Source: Cyanophyceae cyanobacterium
GTDB lineage: Bacteria; Cyanobacteriota; Cyanobacteriia; Cyanobacteriales; Laspinemataceae
NCBI GenBank assembly: GCA_038321985.1
Contig: JBBQFN010000006.1
Span: forward strand, 128,001-192,000
Length of the DNA: 64,000 bases
Direction of reading: 5' to 3'
In this document: positions 42,724 through 53,700 of the stretch, piece by piece
Layout of the letters: each line of letters opens with the position of its first letter
Numbering within the stretch: position 1 is the stretch's first letter
Notes under the pieces: generated by a model
What the model saw: only the letters and a program-made list of their open reading frames with translations
Databases searched by the model: none
Told to the model about the DNA's origin: nothing
Translations under genes and position numbers: made by a program

Positions 42724-45700
42724 TTAAAAATCCTCCACTTTTTGGCTCAGTATTTTATCACAGACCGCCCGATCGCTCTCTTTAACAGTAGAATTATTTG
42801 CCAAATAATCATCAACCCAGAGGCAACTCCGGGTTAACAAATCTTCCAAATTCAAGTTCCATAAAATCACGGTTTTATCTTTACTTGAAGAGGCCAGGGT
42901 TTTGCTATCGGGACTGAAACTTAAGCTGAGAACGGCTTCAGTGTGGCCTTCTAAAGTGGCGATCGCCTTGCCGTCTTTGGTCCAAAGTTTCACCGTTTTA
43001 TCTTCGCTGGCGGTGGCAATGAGTTGTCCATCGGGACTGTAAGTGACCCAGTACACGGGGCGGATATGTCCCTCTAGGGTGGCGATCGCCTTGCCATCTT
43101 TGGTCCAAATTTTCACGGTCTTATCTTGACTGGCAGTGGCAATCCGTTCTCCATCGGGGGAGAAGGTGACGCTATACACTTGTCCCTGATGATCGCCGAT
43201 GGATCTAACCAGTTTCCCTTCTAAATTCCAGAGTTTTACCCTATTATCTCCCCCAGCGGTGGCAATCTGTTTACTGTCGTGGGAAAAAGCGACGCTATTT
43301 AGGGAACTCTCATCCGCCCGGAATGTGCGAAGTCGTTCTCCTGTCTTACTCCAAATTATGGCGATTCCATCCTCACTTCCAGAGACGAGCAGTTTCTCAT
43401 CCGGACTGAAGTCTATTCCCAAAACTCGCTCCTGATGGCCCTCCAATGTAGCAACTAAAGCCTGTCTAGATTTACTCCACAATTTTACAGTATTGTCAGC
43501 ACTGGCGGTGGCAAAAAGTTCGCCATCGGGGCTGAAACTTAGATTCCACACAGCCTTTTCATGGCCGACTAAGTTGGCAATTTTATTGCCTCCGGGTTCC
43601 CAAAGCATAACCGTGTTATCATTGCTGGCCGAGGCAAGAACTCGGCCATTGGGAGAAAAAGCGACGACCAATACTTCGTCAGTATGTTGCCCAAATCCCG
43701 GAAGTTTTCGGGGAACACTGTTCCACAGTTTGACGGTGTTATCAAAGCTGGCGGTGGCGACGGTTTGTCCGTCGGGAGAGAAACTCACACTCCAAACTTC
43801 ATCCCGATGTCCCTTGAGAGTATCTGTCTCTACCCACTGATTCGTCTGGGGATTTTGACGCCACAGTTTAGCGGTGCGATCGATGCTAGCGCTGGCAATG
43901 GTTGTCCCATCGGGACTGAAGTTAACGCCGAGAACGGATTCCGTATGTCCGCGCAAGGTAGCGATTTGGGTGCCATCCCGTCTCCACAGTTTCACGGTTT
44001 TGTCTAAGCTACCGGAAGCGAGGGTTTGTCCGTCCGGGGAAAAGCTCACACTGGTTACCCCTTGTTCATGGCCGGTAAAGGTGGCGATCGCCTTGCCAGT
44101 GAGGTCCCACAGTTTTACGGTTTTATCTAAACTCGCACTCGCGATCGTCTGTCCATCGGGGGAGAATCGCACAAACAAAATGGGCGCATTATCCGCATTG
44201 ATGGTTCTGATTAACTCTCCCTGGAGGTTCCAGAGTTTAATGGTACTATCTAAACTGCTGGAGGCGAGGGTTTGTCCGTCTGGACTAAAGCTGGCGCTGG
44301 TAACCCCGCGATCGTGTGCAGTGATGGTTCGGATTAATGTGCCATCCCGCCGCCAAAGTTTGATCGTGCCATCGGTACTGGTTGAGGCGATCGTTTGTCC
44401 ATCGGGACTAAATGCCACTCGGGTGAGGGGATTTTCATGTCCATTCAGGGTCTGCACTAAGCGGCCCTCGGAGGTAAACAGTTTGACTGTTTTATCCGTA
44501 CTGGCGGTGGCAATCAGGTCGCCATCGGGAGAAAAGGTGACGCTGACGACGCTGTTTTTATGTTGTTCTAAGCGGTTGATTTCCCGGACAGTATAAGACA
44601 GTTGTAAGACGCTGGCCGTTTGCATTTGCAACGTCAGGGGCGATCGCCAGAGGTCTTTGGTTTTCTGCCCGACTTGAACGCTGTTCACTAAAGCGCCTAA
44701 TTCATTGTTTTTTAGGCGCAATGCTTCTGAAGACAAATTTTTGGCTTCTAGTTCGGCAATCTCTGCCTTCATGCTTTTGGAAAAGGCAAGCCCCGCCAAC
44801 CATCCCGTCACTAGGACACCGAGTGCCAGGATTACATTGAGTTGTAGTTGCATCCATTTTTCTCGATCCTTGGATTTTGCTAATTCAACTTGTATTTGCT
44901 TTTCCTCATAAAGTTTTAAATTGCTTTCCTGCAATTCTTTATTCTTTTCTCTTAACGCTTTTAATCGGGCTTGGATTTGTTCTTGATCCCGAATAAATTT
45001 AACTAAATAATCATGAATGAGCTGATAGCGGCTGTCCGGAATTTCCGGCAGCACAAATACTAAGCCAGCCTTTTCGAGGATTTTTAAAATCTCTTCTAAA
45101 TTATCTAAATCCCCGGCTAATTCCGGAGTTAATTCAGCCAGTAACTCCGCCTGCTTTTTCAGGGGACGCGTGCCGCTTTCTTCTGTGAGGAAGTACAGCA
45201 ATAACCGCGCCGTATATTCATTTTCTGGCCCACAGTCGGCGATCGCCTCTTCTAAAAAGCGCTGCACCAGCTTTTCTTTAGGACCGGATTGGCGATATTG
45301 TTCTAAAGTGGTAATATTTTCCGCTTGCAGTTGAGCACCCACAACTTGTAACTCAATCGGACGAACCTCACCGACGCGATCGGCAAGGTCCTCCACCAAG
45401 GCATCAATCAACCCTGGCTCTAAATGAAATTGAGCCCGTTCGGTCAAGTTTTCAATCACTTGACGAGCGGTAGCCTGGGACAAATTGCCGAGGTAATAGC
45501 GGATATTTTTATTCAGGATATCTTGGTTAACAACTTCGATATTCCCGAGGCGTTCGCATTCGAGCAAGTAATGAACATAATCTTCCCGTAAAGAAAAGAT
45601 AACTTTGACAAACGGAACATTTAAACAGGCATTCAAAAACTGATAAAATTCCTGGCGTTGTACCGGGTCAGTTTGCACAAAAAAGAATTCTTCAAATTGG

Positions 45701-47706
45701 TCAAAAATTAAAACGGTTAGCAAGTTTCGCTCGTTATTGCGATGCAACTCACTCATTAATTCTTGAAGTTTCTCCGGAAGTTCTGCCGATTTGAGAGGTT
45801 GTTTTTCTGCTCCCTTTCCGTTTAAGCGCGCGGAGTCATCCCGGTCAATTCCTAACTCTTCTAGGCCGGTTTCTATGCCTTGTTTTAAGCCAGAGATCCA
45901 ATCGGTGTACACTTGCAGGAGAACCGGAAAGGCATTTCGAGCGGCGATCGCCGTTTGTTTGAGCACTGGCACTAATCCGGCTTGCACAAGGGAGCTTTTT
46001 CCCACCCCCGAATGGCCGTGAATCACCGTGAGGCGGTAGTCATTCCGCCCCAAACGTTCAATTAACCGATTTACATCTCCTTCCCGTCCCGATGTGGCAA
46101 TTTCTACCGGAACGTGAGCCGGTTGAGCGCTGACCATAAGAGAGGGATTCAAGGTCTGAAGTCGCGCTTGCAGACGTCCGGCCCCAATAAACGCCCGCAA
46201 ACCAAACTGAGCTTCGACTGCCCGTTGTTTTTGCTTAATTTCAAAGGCTTTGAGATATTCCGACTGCTGAAAGTACAGCGATCGCAACGCTTCTAAAATG
46301 CGCCGATACAACTGTAAGTCATACTGCGGATCGGTACGCTGTTCGGCGAAGTGCAGGTGAGAAATGGCCTCAGCACCTTGGCCCAATTGGGCGAAAGCTC
46401 GCGCCAACAGGAGTAAGTATAAACCTTGTGGAGCCGGCAGGGGAAGACTCGGCTCATTTCCCAGTACGGCGAGGGCACGTTCGGCGAAATTTCGAGCTTT
46501 TTCCCACTGGGACTGCTGCAACGCCACCTCGGCCAAAAAGCCATAATCCCGGGCCAACTCCTGGGCTTTGCCGTAGTATAAATGTAAGGTTATCGACTTT
46601 TTAGCGACAATCGATAAGGCTTCCCACGCTTGCAAGCGCTGCAAAATTTCTCCCAGTTGCCCGATAAACTTGGCGACTAATTCCGGATGTCGGGACTCCT
46701 CAAACACCCGCACACAAGTTTCTAAATAATACCGCGCTTGCTGCAAATGCTGCTGTTCCTGGGGTTGGTCGAGTTGTGCCTGCCGACAGTAACAAAGCCC
46801 GATATGGAACAACACCACACCTTGTTGCAAGAAATAAGGCGGGGGTGGCATTTCCCACACGAGGGGAGAAGGGTCGGAAGTCAGGGGAATGAAGGGAATG
46901 TAAGTGCACTCGCGATCGCGCCAGGACAACGCGTTTTTCCCCGGGCTGTAGCTGAAAGATTCCGGGATTTGTTCCCAAAAGGCCAAACTTTGCTGATAGC
47001 GTTCTAGGGCGCGATCCAGGCGATCGGCAGCATAGTCATCTCGTCCCAGCACAAAGTGTAAGCTGGCTTCCAGTTCGGGAACCAACTGCACTTGGCGATC
47101 GCTTAAATCTTCTTTGGCAAATCCCAGTTCTAAACAATTGCGGGACCCCAGAATGGTCGAGTTCGGAATAAAATTGAGGGAACCCTTTTCGACCACCTCT
47201 GATAGTACCCGGTCAATGCTTGTCGCGATCGTATCGATCGCCGCTGGGGTTGAGAGAGCAAATTCGGTACTGGTAGCCCAACTTTCAAAGTCCGGTGCAA
47301 CCCGAATAAAACTTTTTAAAACCCGATCATCCACCCAAAATACAATCGGAAAGGGAAAGTGCTTTCTAAACTCTTCTCGAACCTGATTGGCTGCCATAAA
47401 GAGGCGATCTAGCTGACTCACAGATTCGAGTCCAAACACCATTAAGGCCTCGGGTTGTTCCGTGCCAATTTCATCTTGAATGGTTTTGTAGAGGGTGCGG
47501 ACAGAGGTCGGCAGGTGCAGTTCTCGAATATCTACAGAGACGGAATCATGGAGGTCCGCAGTAACGCGACTGCGCAAATTGGCGTAGTTACACCGCGCTA
47601 AAATCAGGGAAAATTGCCCTTGGGAAAAGGAAATTGCCCGGTGTAAAACCTTTAAAGATTGTTCGTTGCGCCTTACCTCGGCGTCGTCATGCTGTAGATT
47701 CATCAT
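42724..47706 (-). CDS. NLR-like protein: degenerate ATPase-like N-domain, TPR, STAND (nSTAND1-like) NTPase, TM helix, ~14 WD40 repeats
   Basis: Walker A GHSGVGKSS, Walker B LIFDQFEEFF, SLREDY, RPIELQVVG, YQLIHDYLV, TM NVILALGVLVTGWLAGLAF, GH...FSPDG...D.TVKLW repeats. Confidence 0.9.
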   Translation of the reverse strand: MMNLQHDDAEVRRNEQSLKVLHRAISFSQGQFSLILARCNYANLRSRVTADLHDSVSVDIRELHLPTSVRTLYKTIQDEIGTEQPEALMVFGLESVSQLDRLFMAANQVREEFRKHFPFPIVFWVDDRVLKSFIRVAPDFESWATSTEFALSTPAAIDTIATSIDRVLSEVVEKGSLNFIPNSTILGSRNCLELGFAKEDLSDRQVQLVPELEASLHFVLGRDDYAADRLDRALERYQQSLAFWEQIPESFSYSPGKNALSWRDRECTYIPFIPLTSDPSPLVWEMPPPPYFLQQGVVLFHIGLCYCRQAQLDQPQEQQHLQQARYYLETCVRVFEESRHPELVAKFIGQLGEILQRLQAWEALSIVAKKSITLHLYYGKAQELARDYGFLAEVALQQSQWEKARNFAERALAVLGNEPSLPLPAPQGLYLLLLARAFAQLGQGAEAISHLHFAEQRTDPQYDLQLYRRILEALRSLYFQQSEYLKAFEIKQKQRAVEAQFGLRAFIGAGRLQARLQTLNPSLMVSAQPAHVPVEIATSGREGDVNRLIERLGRNDYRLTVIHGHSGVGKSSLVQAGLVPVLKQTAIAARNAFPVLLQVYTDWISGLKQGIETGLEELGIDRDDSARLNGKGAEKQPLKSAELPEKLQELMSELHRNNERNLLTVLIFDQFEEFFFVQTDPVQRQEFYQFLNACLNVPFVKVIFSLREDYVHYLLECERLGNIEVVNQDILNKNIRYYLGNLSQATARQVIENLTERAQFHLEPGLIDALVEDLADRVGEVRPIELQVVGAQLQAENITTLEQYRQSGPKEKLVQRFLEEAIADCGPENEYTARLLLYFLTEESGTRPLKKQAELLAELTPELAGDLDNLEEILKILEKAGLVFVLPEIPDSRYQLIHDYLVKFIRDQEQIQARLKALREKNKELQESNLKLYEEKQIQVELAKSKDREKWMQLQLNVILALGVLVTGWLAGLAFSKSMKAEIAELEAKNLSSEALRLKNNELGALVNSVQVGQKTKDLWRSPLTLQMQTASVLQLSYTVREINRLEQHKNSVVSVTFSPDGDLIATASTDKTVKLFTSEGRLVQTLNGHENPLTRVAFSPDGQTIASTSTDGTIKLWRRDGTLIRTITAHDRGVTSASFSPDGQTLASSSLDSTIKLWNLQGELIRTINADNAPILFVRFSPDGQTIASASLDKTVKLWDLTGKAIATFTGHEQGVTSVSFSPDGQTLASGSLDKTVKLWRRDGTQIATLRGHTESVLGVNFSPDGTTIASASIDRTAKLWRQNPQTNQWVETDTLKGHRDEVWSVSFSPDGQTVATASFDNTVKLWNSVPRKLPGFGQHTDEVLVVAFSPNGRVLASASNDNTVMLWEPGGNKIANLVGHEKAVWNLSFSPDGELFATASADNTVKLWSKSRQALVATLEGHQERVLGIDFSPDEKLLVSGSEDGIAIIWSKTGERLRTFRADESSLNSVAFSHDSKQIATAGGDNRVKLWNLEGKLVRSIGDHQGQVYSVTFSPDGERIATASQDKTVKIWTKDGKAIATLEGHIRPVYWVTYSPDGQLIATASEDKTVKLWTKDGKAIATLEGHTEAVLSLSFSPDSKTLASSSKDKTVILWNLNLEDLLTRSCLWVDDYLANNSTVKESDRAVCDKILSQKVEDF

Positions 47707-47709
47707 GTT

Positions 47710-49089
47710 TCAACCGTCATCGTGGGTCTTGGGTACTCGACTCGGCATTTTAGGCAGGGGATAAGACGAAGATAGCGCTTCCTTTTTGGATTGGGCTTCT
47801 GCCAAAATGGGGTTAATATCAAACCAACGACCGGAGTCGCGATCGCGGTATTCAAACACGAACATACTTCGCAATAAATGTTGATAGGCAGCCTCGCCTC
47901 TAACATTTTTAGTGTCATGCACTTGATTGAGCAGTTCCCAATCCGTTGGGGCGATCGCTAATACCAGGTCGTTCCGCCGTTCCGAAATGACAGTTTCAAT
48001 CGTTTCTCGATTAAAGGGCGGGTCTTCTTGTTGTAAACATCGATAGATCAATCCCAATAAGTTTCGCACATGGCCGCCACTAATCCGGCACAAGCGGTCT
48101 AAAGTTTCGCTACTGTCAAAGACTTGGGTAATTACGTCTAAGCGATCGGCCGGGGTGAGTTCGGGAAAAGCCCGGGCTAGGACCATCTGCCGGAGTAAAT
48201 CTAAGCCTTCCTCAAAGTCGCTGCCATCGCGCGATCGCACGGGCACCATTGGTAGCACTTTCGGGGCAACACCCGCCCCTAATCGGCTTTTGAGCGCTTC
48301 GGATTCATGGGAAAACATTAGGGAGAGGGGAATCGTATAAACTAGATGACATTTGAGCTTGCGAAGTTGTTCTCCGCGATCAACGAATAAGTATTCAGTT
48401 TGCGATCGCCCGGAGGGTAACGGTCGATTATCCACGCGATCGAGGTTATCCACAATCGCGACTAATCCGCGTTTCCCCCGCCGTTTCAACTCCTCGGTGG
48501 CCACGGTGAGAATATCCTCATTAATCGATTGCAAAATCCCACTGGTGCGGGGTTCTAAATATTGCCTTAACTGAGTTCGTAGTTTGGGGCTTTCTTTGGC
48601 TTGGCTGGTAATTTGGGCGATAGAAATAGCTAACTCCGCAGTGGGATCAATATCAAGCGGCGCTTGCCATACCTCTGTAATTTCTTTAAACAGCTTGGTG
48701 AAATAACCCGAAGTGAGGGGAATACCACTCGCGGTGAGGTTTTCCGTCACCTGCCGGGCGATCGCCAGCAGAATATCGGAAATATCCACATCTGCCATTT
48801 CCAAGTCCCGGGAGGACTCAAAATAAACTACATGGAATTCCGCCTCTTCCAATTGAGACTTTAACCGCAGCAACTCGGTCGATTTCCCACAACCAATATG
48901 TCCCGTAAATAATTGACAAGTAGGGATATCCGGAGACAAGCGAGTAATAGTTCTCCCCAACTCCTCGATAATTTTACCCCCCCGAACCCCAGAGAAATCA
49001 ATATAATACGGTCTATCCTCCGGATTTCCAATGGATAACGTCTTACTGGGGTTACACGCTTGATAAAATTTTCGTAAATTAATTTCCAT
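47710..49089 (-). CDS. P-loop ATP-binding protein (cyanobacterial partner of TPR/STAND proteins)
   Basis: Walker A GHIGCGKST, Walker B AIVDNLDR, SGGHVRNLL, FEY...WFDINP. ATG at 49089 is likely; the ORF track extends to 49179. Confidence 0.88.
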   Translation of the reverse strand: MEINLRKFYQACNPSKTLSIGNPEDRPYYIDFSGVRGGKIIEELGRTITRLSPDIPTCQLFTGHIGCGKSTELLRLKSQLEEAEFHVVYFESSRDLEMADVDISDILLAIARQVTENLTASGIPLTSGYFTKLFKEITEVWQAPLDIDPTAELAISIAQITSQAKESPKLRTQLRQYLEPRTSGILQSINEDILTVATEELKRRGKRGLVAIVDNLDRVDNRPLPSGRSQTEYLFVDRGEQLRKLKCHLVYTIPLSLMFSHESEALKSRLGAGVAPKVLPMVPVRSRDGSDFEEGLDLLRQMVLARAFPELTPADRLDVITQVFDSSETLDRLCRISGGHVRNLLGLIYRCLQQEDPPFNRETIETVISERRNDLVLAIAPTDWELLNQVHDTKNVRGEAAYQHLLRSMFVFEYRDRDSGRWFDINPILAEAQSKKEALSSSYPLPKMPSRVPKTHDDG

Positions 49090-49734
49090 CACCCTTGCCC
49101 TGTATTTTTGAACTGGGTAGAAGCCATTAATCCCCTGCAAGAAAAACCGAAAGGTCAATACTTCTAACATTAACAGCAAATGGGTTTTTTTCCCATCAGG
49201 GTTTTTCTGTTGGAGACTTCCCCTAGCCCAGTTACTTCGCCCCTGTTGCCTCCGTTAAAACCGACCACTTCAGGGCTGTTTCGGTTCTGCTGTCTCGGTT
49301 GACAGAGGGAGTCGAATGGGGTACTCAGGTTCTTTAGTTGTTGTCCTTGATGGGTGCAGACTCGCGAGAGAGATTTCACGCCACAACTTGTCTTTTGTCT
49401 CCTTAGCAGAGCCGTTGTGCAACCCTTTCGATGTGGGTCCCTGGAATTTTTCGATTTTGAGAGACAATCCTACTTTTGTCGATCTCAACTCGATTTAAAA
49501 GTGATTAAATTTTCTGCTCCGCACCCCTGCCTCCTTACTCACCCCTCACTGTGAGTTCCCCAGGTTTCTGCACCGGGAAAACCGCCGCCCTTTTGCGGAG
49601 TCCGGGAGAGAATTATCTAGGGCCTGATCGCCCAATTTTAGACCTATTTCCTAGGTTGTTATTCAATTGCTGACCTTCCTGGTGAAGCGATGGATTCTGA
49701 GTCTGGAATCAACTGTTGTTAGGGAACTTAGGGC

Positions 49735-50013
49735 TTATTGGCAAATCCCTAATAACTCGCATTTTCCCGGTTGTTCACCCCTTGCAGCCACCAGTTGTTC
49801 TAGGGGCCTAGAGCTATCCCTAGTGACGAGGGATTGGGATTGACGCCCTAAAAATATTTCAGAGTCAGGAGCTTTTAATATTCCCTCTCTAGCGAAAGTA
49901 TTGCTGCCATTCGTTACCAAAACTGGCAGGGCAAATAGTAGACTCAACAGTTTGGGATTCATCAATTTGATATTCATGGTCTCAATCATCTCCTGGGATA
50001 ATAGGTTAAGCAC
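49735..50013 (-). CDS. Small hypothetical secreted peptide
   Basis: Signal-like MNPKLLSLLFALPVLV...FA; C-terminal CELLGIC. The true start is probably one of the internal Met codons. Confidence 0.5.
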   Translation of the reverse strand: MLNLLSQEMIETMNIKLMNPKLLSLLFALPVLVTNGSNTFAREGILKAPDSEIFLGRQSQSLVTRDSSRPLEQLVAARGEQPGKCELLGICQ

Positions 50014-50734
50014 CCTCTTTTATTCCTTGACTTTTTTGTTGTAACTTAAGTTGCTATTTCTGATTATCTCTTCCTAAGTCAGGATATTTCATCCGCCTAG
50101 GGGTAGGACCTAGAAATGCTCGAATTCCGGACAAAAATCTACCCATTTAGGGAAATGTTTGGCAGGCTTCGTCCGGTTGATGAAGCCACTCGATTCACTG
50201 AAGGCTTTTACACCTTTGAGTGCGATCGCCACCCGTTGTAGTCCTCCTCAATCCAACTCCCTTAATTTTGTCGATTTCTCATCCAAAATAGGAGTAATGT
50301 CGTGACAGTTCCGACAATGGATTCTCCCGGTGAGTTCATTCTCCTCCTTTAGGGTTATGCGACCGTCCTACGCCAGGGATAACCTTGACTCCAATGCCGG
50401 CAATCCTCCGGTTTTTCACCCCTCTATCGGTTCGGGTCTCGGCCGATCGCACCTTGGCTCGCTACGGAGGACAGGACGAGATGTGGCACAGTCTCCGGCC
50501 ACAAATCAGCCACTCTTGGGAAGTCTACCTTTATTGTACCAAAAATGGAAATTGCGTAAACACCACAGACTAACATTAACGGCAGCCATCGGCTAAAATA
50601 CTGGGAAAATGCTCGCCCTATATGGAACTGCGATCGCGGGTTGAGAATCGAACACCCATAACTTCCATCCCCCTGTCTGGGACACTCTACAGAGGAATCC
50701 CCAAAAATCCGGGCTGGAACTCTAAATAAGGGGG

Positions 50735-53700
50735 TTATAACTTGTCGTTGACCGTTAACGGATCTAACCCCTCCCAGACTTTGGAGATGCCATGTCTGAG
50801 GAAATACTCGCAGCGTTCCACATAGAACCGAGCCGCTTGGTCTTGAGGGTTGTTTTCTAATACTTTTCTAAACAGTTGATGAGCTTCGGCAAATTTTTCC
50901 CCTTGATACAAGACAATCCCGCGCTCGAATTTAGTCCGGGAGCCGAGCTTTATATCAATCAAACTTTGAGGATAGCAATCAAGCACTTCAAACACCGCAA
51001 CGGAATCTTTTTTCCCTTTGACTTGAACCTTTCCTAAGAACCGATAATTGTATTTAGTGGGGTCATCTAAATGGATTAAAGTTTGTCCACTGATCACGAT
51101 AGCGGCCCCATACAATTTGGTTAGTCCTTCCATCCGAGAGGCCAGATTCACCGCATCAGAAATCACCGTGGTTTCCATCCGCTGTTCTTCCCCGATCGTC
51201 CCCAGCATCAAGCTCCCCGTATGCAACCCAATCCCGATCGCGATCGGCATATAGCCGCTCTTTTGGCGGTGCAGGTTATAGATCATCACCTGTTTTTGCA
51301 TCTCGATCGCCGCCCGCATGGCATCCTCTGCTGTATCAGGAAATAGCGCCATCACTGCATCCCCAATATATTTATCAATAAACCCATGATGATTTCTAAT
51401 CACCGGACCGACGCGACTCAAGTAAGAGTTAATAAAGTTGAAATTCTCCCGAGGGGACATCCGTTCTGAGAGGGTCGTAAAGGAGCGAATATCAGAGAAC
51501 AGAATAGTCATATCTTTTTGAACCTGATCCCCTAATTGCACATCGAGAATCGTATCATAGCCCAGAAACTGGATAAACTCTCGCGGCACAAATCGAGCAT
51601 AAGCCAAGTTGATTTTTGAGAGTTGGATGTGCATTTTAATCCGCGCCAACAACTCATTTTTAGAAATAGGTTTGGTCAGATAATCATTGGCCCCGGACCC
51701 GAAGGCTTCCATCATGTCTGAGGCTTGATTTCGGGCGGTTAACAGTACCACAGGAAGTTCGTTAGCCGGGAACTTTTCCCGAATGCGCTGGCACACTTCA
51801 TAGCCCGTCATTTTCGGCATCATCACATCCAGAAGAATCAAATCGGGTCTCAAGCCATTTTCGATTTCCGCTAAGGCTTCCGGTCCGTTACTGGCGGTGG
51901 CGATCGCATAATTTTCTAGGGAAAGATGGTTGACAAGCACTTGTAAATTAATCGGTTCATCATCGACGATTAAAATTTGGAACTCGCCATTACTGCGGGT
52001 CCGCCACCCCTCCATCGGGGCGATCGGCAGGGCGATTGGCACGGTTTCTTCAGCCGCGATCACCGGTTCTGGAGGCTCAATCACGGGTAGTTCTATGTGC
52101 TGAATCTGGTTCGCTGAGATGGGTAGGGTAAAGGTAAACCGGGAACCTTCCCCCACCGCAGACTCAACCCAAATTTTGCCCCCGTGCAGTTCCACCAGTT
52201 GTTTGGCGATCGCCAACCCTAGCCCGACACTGCCATAAGCGCGGAGTGAGGAACCATCGGTTTGCTGAAACAGTTCAAAAATGCGAGTTAACTTACTTTC
52301 CGTAATCCCAATGCCGCTATCGGAGACGGTAATTGCTAAATATAAATGTCGGTTTTCCGAACGGTCCTCAGGGTGAGAACTTTCTCCTGGGGGGATGGAA
52401 TGGGGATATCTCACATGACTCCATCCCCCGTCCTCCATTTCGCCGTCGTCGTCTTCCGTCATCAGTCCTTCTTGCCCGGACAACACCGTAGCTGAGACTT
52501 CAATGGTTCCGGAATCTGTATATTTGACCGCATTCCCGACTAGGTTATGTAGAATCTGCTGGACTCGGTTCTCATCGGCATCTACCAGGGGAACATCTTT
52601 ACCCACAGCATTCACCAGTTGCAGAGATTTGTTTCCCGCCGAGGCTTGACAGATCGTCAGGACAACATTGCTAATTTCTCGCATTCCCAACGGTTTAAGG
52701 TCGAGTTGGATATTTTTATGCTTGAGTTTGGAAAAGTCGAGCAAATCGTTTACCAATTGCGCCAAAGTCCGACCACTAGAAACGACTAAGGACAGATTGG
52801 CGCGTTGCAGTTCGCTCAAGTCTCCAGTGGCTCCATCCAGCATAGATTCGGTAATTCCGATAATGCCATTGAGGGGGGTGCAAAGTTCGTGGGAGGTACT
52901 GGCGAGAAATTCATCTTTAAGCTCATCTAAGTCTTGCAAAGCCCGATTTTTTGTTTCCAACTCTTGAGAGGAAGTGAGTAAGTTGGTGTAGAGGCGGGCA
53001 TTATCGATGGAAATGGCCGCTTGGGAGGAGAGAAGTTTTAAGACTTCCAAGCGGTCCGGGGTAAAGGCTCCGGTGGTAATGTTATTTTCGAGATAGAGAA
53101 TTCCGATGAGTTTGCCCTGATGAACAATCGGTGCACAGAGGATAGACTGGGGCTGATGGTCGATAATATAATGATCGTGAGCGAAGCGTTCATCGGCGAT
53201 CGCTTCTTTAATGACTACGGATTCCTGAGTCCGCGCGACATAGTTAATGATAGATAAGGGCAGATGAGCGCTGGTTTCAACGGTGAGATGCTGACCGATG
53301 GTAATATCATTTTCTTCCGTCGTTCCCGTAGCTTCTATATAAAGTTTATTATCATCTTCTAAAATCAAGGAAATGGTTTCTGCCCCTGCATTTTCCATCA
53401 CGATTTTCATCAGCTTTTTGAGCAGATTATCCAGGACCATTTCCCCATTAATGGCGGCGGAGGCTTTCACAAAGGCGGTCAAATCCAGTAAGCCCGCATG
53501 AGAGCCAGTGGTGGTAGAAAGGGTAGTTGTGTTCATGACGCCCCCCTGTCCCTCTACGCTGCCTCGGGCGATGGAATGGGGATAGGTGGCGTCTAATTCG
53601 CTGACTTTGCGCGTGGCACCCCAGCGCAGGTAGGCATAATAGGCGTCAGTGATATAGGTGGCAGCTATTTTTTCGAGGTTGAGCTGTTGATAGAATTCTC

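Noticed and set aside
43874..44596. 240-aa plus-strand ORF and other antisense ORFs (e.g. 11500-12117, 1579-2100, 63273-63779)
   Set aside because: Shadow ORFs antisense to well-supported genes; the periodicity simply mirrors the WD40 repeats.
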